Below, in pieces: positions 63,227 to 64,000 of a DNA stretch of 64,000 nt. The stretch is taken from the NCBI GenBank assembly GCA_950097015.1, contig CATNEN010000001.1, positions 3,348,001 to 3,412,000 of the forward strand, in the 5' to 3' direction. The notes under the pieces were generated by a model that worked only from the letters and a program-made list of their open reading frames with translations, was not told the DNA's origin and searched no databases. Position 1 is the stretch's first letter, and every line of letters begins with the position of its first letter. The DNA comes from Macrostomum hystrix (lineage: Eukaryota > Animalia > Platyhelminthes). Position numbers and translations under genes: made by a program.

Positions 63227-63309
63227 AGCTCGGTCAGGCTCCTGCGGAATCAGTAGTCTATGGTCATTTTAGCCAGCACAGTTACAGAAAAAACTAGGCT
63301 CTAATCTTG

Positions 63310-64000
63310 TAACAAAGCTTGTTTCTATCCATGATTCTAGGTCATTTATCAAGCTGTTTCTATCCATGATTCTAGGTCATTTATCGAGCTGTTTCTATCC
63401 ATGATTCTAGGTCATTTATCAAGCTGTTTCTATCCATGATTCTAGGTCATTTATCGAGCTGTTTCTATCCATGATTCTAGGTCATTTATCAAGCTGTTTC
63501 TATCCATGATTCTAGGTCATTTATCAAGCTGTTTCTATCCATGATTCTAGGTCATTTATCGAGCTGTTTCTATCCATGATTCTAGGTCATTTATCAAGCT
63601 GTTTCTATCCATGATTCTAGGTCATTTATCAAGCTGTTTCTATCCATGATTCTAGGTCATTTATCAAGCTGTTTCTATCCATGATTCTAGGTCATTTATC
63701 AAGCTGTTTCTATCCATGATTCTAGGTCATTTATCAAGCTGTTTCTATCCATGATTCTAGGTCATTTATCAAGCTGTTTCTATCCATGATTCTAGGTCAT
63801 TTATCGAGCTGTTTCTATCCATGATTCTAGGTCCATTATCAATCAAACGGTTTCTATCCTTGATTCTAGGTCTATTATCAATCAAACGGTTTCTATCCAT
63901 GATTCTAGGTCTATTATCAATCAAACGGTTTCTATCCATGATTCTAGGTCATTTATCAATCAAACGGTTTCTATCCTTGATTCTAGGTCTATTATCAATC
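63310..64000. repeat. 35-bp minisatellite (ttctatccatgattctaggtcatttatcaagctgt)
   Basis: Direct inspection; runs to the window end. Confidence 0.92.

Overview
Eukaryotic (metazoan) genomic DNA with GT-AG introns and many minisatellites; the style suggests a flatworm such as Macrostomum, which is an unverified inference. The left 39 kb is a tandem cluster of three four-exon genes. In each, manual splicing joins an N-terminal array of 33-aa ankyrin-like repeats to a cGAS/Mab-21-like nucleotidyltransferase (cGLR) with a GS...DxD...D catalytic signature and a helical tail. The paralogues differ in repeat number (>=9, 10, 2), in a variable di-residue in each repeat, in a duplication of the catalytic GS loop, and in hypervariable exon patches, while their short introns are nearly identical. 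Copy 2 carries a 23-nt frameshift. Between the copies lie a decayed Gypsy pol, LINE fragments, an LTR remnant, a zinc-finger gene with half-finger repeats, and a complete 2,083-bp tyrosine-recombinase element. That element has Ngaro/PAT-type split direct repeats, one SAP-YR ORF and no RT, and sits without a TSD in a 21-bp satellite. The right 25 kb holds mostly ordinary genes: PIG-T, a secreted PAN/glycine-rich protein, an SLC26 transporter, a KIAA0930-like gene, MMAB and ACMSD.
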